The notes beneath the pieces were generated by a model. The model made no database searches. It was not told the origin of the DNA and saw only the letters and a list, made by a program, of their open reading frames with translations. DNA of 32,167 nucleotides from Syncephalis fuscata S228 (taxonomy: Eukaryota > Fungi > Zoopagomycota), in NCBI GenBank assembly GCA_025786725.1, contig JAHLTZ010000081.1, positions 1 to 32,167 of the forward strand. The letters are read 5' to 3'. The position numbers were made by a program, and so were the translations under genes. This document shows, piece by piece, positions 23,128-32,167 of this stretch (its first letter is position 1; each line of letters opens with the position of its first letter).

Positions 23128-25949
23128 TTATCCTTCTACTTCATAAGCATTTGCCTTATGTTTAGGAATAAAGTGAAAGTCACTCGGTGCAGGACCCAAA
23201 AACATTTCACTAATAAAATATTAATTAAACAATTATAAATATTAACTAGTTGTATTACCTAATCTTGACCCAGTCGCTGGCCCGCTCACTAGCCAATAAC
23301 GTTTCCATCTCATTTCTTCCCTTAAATGACGGTGGTCTTTCATTGATACGCTGGGGCAATACTTCAAGTAATCCAACTGGGATATAACTGGATAGATAAC
23401 CATTAATAACCAGCCAGGACTGTTAGTGATCAACTTACCGATGAAGAAAAGATTGCCATTCGCATAGGAAACGGCGTGTTTGATTTACGCCCTATTCGTT
23501 AAACAGATAATATTAATTAATCAACTCAATAAACAACTCATTGATTATTTACCTGAGTATCGGATCCCCAATGTTCTAGGCCGTAGTTGCAGAAATCTTT
23601 CATAATATCAAGACGTTCAGTAGCAGAAATATCCCAATGGCGGCGTGTTTTAATTTCGTCAAATAGCCATGGCTTAATCTAATTAACAATAGTTAATAAA
23701 GTTAATGATCTACTTTGTGTGCATGTGTATCTATTTACCAAAGCACCTCTAAATAGCAATAATAGTGATAATAATAATGATAACAATAATATATTAATTA
23801 GTTAATTAATAGTATATAAACTTGTAATGACCTACCTTCCAATCATAATACCGTCAACTTTATCTTCTTCTATATGATTGTAGTATTCTTCATAGGAAAG
23901 AACATCGCCATTACCAAAGAATTGCATGCCATTACGCAATCCACTACATTCCTTAATATAGTTCCAATCAGCTCGACGAGTGTATCGTTGTTGACGAGAT
24001 CTGCCATGTAACTAAATTGTACATTAGTATGGTTACAATGAACAAATGAATAACCACTTACCGTGCCTAAAGCACATCCCTATATATATCATTATTATTA
24101 TTATTGATTAATAAAGACATTCATTATTATATATTAACCAACTTACCCATGCATCAAATCGTGGTACAAGTTTATGAGCCAAACTTTTATTGTCCCATAC
24201 GCCCGTACGGAATTTGATAGTTAGTGGACAGCTTAGCACCTATATGAACATATACATATCAATATATAGATAGTATTTATCAGTCAATTAATAAATAATT
24301 GATACTTACCTGATCCATACCGCGTACAATACGACCTAGCTTTCCTGCTGATTCCATAAGACCGCTACCTGCTCCCTAATATTACATTTATAACGATCAT
24401 CACTTAGTAAAAGCTGTTTAACCTATTGTAGCATGCCTCTACTTACTTGTTTATAGACCATTTCCATAGGACAACCCAAATTGATATCAACGAAATCCAC
24501 ATCCAATTCACTCTCAATAACCTCAGCCAGTCGAATAAGAGGATCTGGCCGGTTACCACACACTTGTACACCGAATATATCTTCACTGGCGTGTCGCTTT
24601 GTCAAAGCCCATTCTGTACGTTGACCCTACATAACCATATACCATTAATAGATATTGTTATGTTAAATACCCCTCTCACTTACTTGAAGTAAATTGGTGG
24701 CCATCGCCATTTCACCACATGTAATATCCACGCCAAATCGTTTGCAAATACGACGGAATGGTAGATTGCCCACTGTAGTCAATGGAGCCAAATAAGTCTT
24801 GCCACTAAAGTCAAGTGTACGTTTTTCAACCAAACGCAATGGTACATCAGGTCCCATATCACCAACAGTTACTGAGTCATCAGCATCATTTACTGGCACA
24901 CTAGTATCTACTGGTACAGACTCTAATGCTGATGATGCTGTCTCGTCTCTTGTTTGATAAGTAGATCCAGTAGCAATCTTGTCAATGGTAGTTGGAGCGG
25001 TATTCTTGGCTATTTCTTTCATTTGTTCTTCCAAAATCCTTTTTGAATTGGGTAATGGATACTAAACTGATATAAGTAATTAATAAATGATGATATATTA
25101 AACTCACCTTGCTTGTACGTAATTGTTTCATTGTATCAAATCCAATACCATTTTTTATGGGTGGTTCTGGATTAGCCATTTTCTAATACAATAGACATGA
25201 TTAATAAATACAAAATTTTCTAGAATATTGCATACTTCTTCATTAACAATTTGTTCACCGTCTTCTTTGCTATGAGCACCGGCAAAACGGCACCGAATAC
25301 CAAACCGACACCTTATTCATATGATTAATAACAACTCTTTCCGCCAATATGTCATCTTACTTTCCAAATAGATCAAAATTAACACAACGATCTCCAATAT
25401 CGGCGCCTTTCTTTGCCATATATTCTTTAATATCGTGACTGAACTTGCAACTATCAAATGATAACAGTATTAAATCTAATACTGTCACTCTATAATATAT
25501 TCACTTACTGGTCACCCATAGTACATTGCGAATTATTGCCAATAAATTTGCACAGCTATTTAAATAGAATGAGTACTCTATAATAATACTCTATATATTC
25601 ATAATCGCGCTACCTGAAATGAATCACTACTATGAGCTTTGGTTCGTGATTTCATCTGTCCACGTTCACGTTTGCGCTTCTTGCCTCCACCTTGAGACTC
25701 ATTCCTTCCACGACTATCTTCTTCTGTTCCCTCTACTGTTGATTCGGGCACATTCTCTGCCGATGGTTTTGATACCTTATTATTATCGGTAGCAGCTACT
25801 TCACTGACTGGGTCATACAAAAGATACCTAAATAATAGGGCTTAACACTTTGATATCCCGTATTCGTCTACTTACTCCTTCTTAATAGGCGCTACGCCAG
25901 TACGACGCTCCGATTGGCGTGTATTCTCCACTATAGCCTCTGAAGTCAT
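23128..25949 (-). CDS. DUS3: tRNA-dihydrouridine(47) synthase Dus3, many introns
   Basis: [14 protein letters not shown]-like fingers ([19 protein letters not shown]), [70 protein letters not shown]. Confidence 0.95.
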
Positions 25950-26387
25950 AATAGTTGTTTTAAAGAAAAAATAAAAGAGATATCAAAGGATTGATTTGAA
26001 CCAATCCATATCCGCTAAGTGTCTGGATCCAAGTCAGAACAGGGGGTGTAAATCATTGGTACTATAGTCAATAGACACACGAACAATGTACAAATAATAC
26101 GCCACAGTATAATCGATTATGTACTTTTATAGAAAGTGATATACCACAGTGAATATTTCAGTTCTCATATTATATACACACACCCATCCACCCATTCACC
26201 CATAAACATGCTTATCTATAAATAAAAAACATAATAGTTTTTATAGTGGTCATCGTTGTCGTGCTTATTGTGATATCTCTTGCTGTTTCCTTATTGTTAC
26301 TATCTTGTTTTATTTGCCTACAGACACAAACTACCGTGACAACATCCCACAACAGCCTATAGTTACCGTTTGTATAGTCGCGCCACA

Positions 26388-30940
<4,553 letters not shown>

Positions 30941-31248
30941 TTAAATGACGTTGTTTTGTTAATAGAACATTAAAAACGATAAATCGATGCAGTTTATTAT
31001 TGTCGATATACTCTTTTTCTTTAAATAAATGCAATAAAATAGTTTATAATCTGTTTATATTTAAATGTCAAGTAAATAGTTCAAGTTAATATACGAGTCT
31101 TTTAACTAAAACATTTATATTTAACATAAATATATTACATGCTTGATTGACCAATATTTTTATTTATTTCATATTTATACTGAACACTTAAAGTACTGAT
31201 TTATGCTATACCTTTTTTATATCTATGATAAAACAGCTGCTTATTCAT

Positions 31249-32167
31249 CTATAATGGCGTGGCAGCCATCCAATAACAAGCGGTTCTTGAAGTAATACCA
31301 CACAATTCAATATCATCATTATGCAGTTCAATGGGAATTTTATCTAAACGGAAATAAAAGGTGACAACAGCTAGAAATAGCTTTAGTTGAGCCATCGCTT
31401 GTCGCTGACCAAAGCACTGTCGATCGCCACCACCTGTAATTGTATATTATTAATATATTGAATTGCTAAATGGCAACCAGTATTTAAACTTACCAAATTG
31501 ATAGGAGGCGTGCATGTAAGATTGGCGCGTTTCAGGTGTAATATTAAGCCAACGCTCTGGTCGGAATTCATTGGCATCAGGTCCCCAAATACGTGGATCG
31601 CGTTGTATGACGGCAATTGGGAAAAAGATATTTGCCTTGGCAGGGATTACAAAATCACCCGTATCAATGGGACGGGCTGAAGTGCGAGTGAAAGCTGGCG
31701 CTACACACGCCAAACGCATGCATTCCCGGTAGACGGCTTCGAGATAGGGTGCGGCTGTTGGTTGCATTTGATCAAATGTAATATATGGATCGCTGCCACC
31801 AGTCAGTCCAATAATTTCTGAGCGCAATCGCTGCTGAACTTGATGTTCGCCAGCCAAGAAATAAAGCATCCACTAATAATATAGCCTGTTTAATGGCAAT
31901 AATAAATAAACTAATACTACTTACACCTTGCGATGATGTGCTTGTCTCTACACCGGCCAACATAAATAGAAGAATCTCATCGCATATTTCTTTATGGGTA
32001 AATGATTCGTCACTATCAAGCAATAATGCGGCAAGATTAGCCCGTTTAAATGCCTCCGATGTTGACAGTTCGTCATGATCTATATTGATATTAAGTGCTA
32101 ATTGACATTGAATATGCTCTTGGTGCAGCAAATCAACCTCCTTGGCAATAATGTCCAATGATTGACC
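31249..32167 (-). CDS. Cytochrome P450, 3' part (runs off the window)
   Basis: I-helix FMLAGVETS, K-helix ECMR (ExxR), FRPERW, and heme motif FGGGDRQCFG assembled across intron 31493-31434. Confidence 0.93.

Overview
AT-rich eukaryotic DNA with short GT-AG introns (CTAAY-type branch sites). It looks like an early-diverging fungus; Zoopagomycota/Syncephalis-like is my inference and is unverified. Housekeeping genes lie on both sides: a UPF1-like SF1 helicase and U2AF1 on the left; CET1, DUS3, INO80 and a partial cytochrome P450 on the right. Between them is a ~15 kb accessory island (~6.0-21.3 kb) with three related F-box-like genes and two small secreted-peptide genes. The main discovery is at 10764-14394, where the ORF track shows no matching product. 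What looks like a ~81-bp AT-rich tandem repeat is a chain of spliceosomal introns separating 33 micro-exons (32 of 3 nt, one of 6 nt). After a signal/pro-peptide exon ending in RR, joining all exons gives a stop-free 65-aa precursor, MKLSIAVICTIVVALVASTVMVDANPALVRR-DRCKDCVGGCRHQQGPDHSDRPSCKQQCKNIGEC*. Its predicted mature peptide has 6 Cys (C-x2-C-x3-C-x13-C-x3-C-x5-C) and is encoded at essentially one intron per codon. Splicing is inferred from sequence only; no transcript evidence is available.
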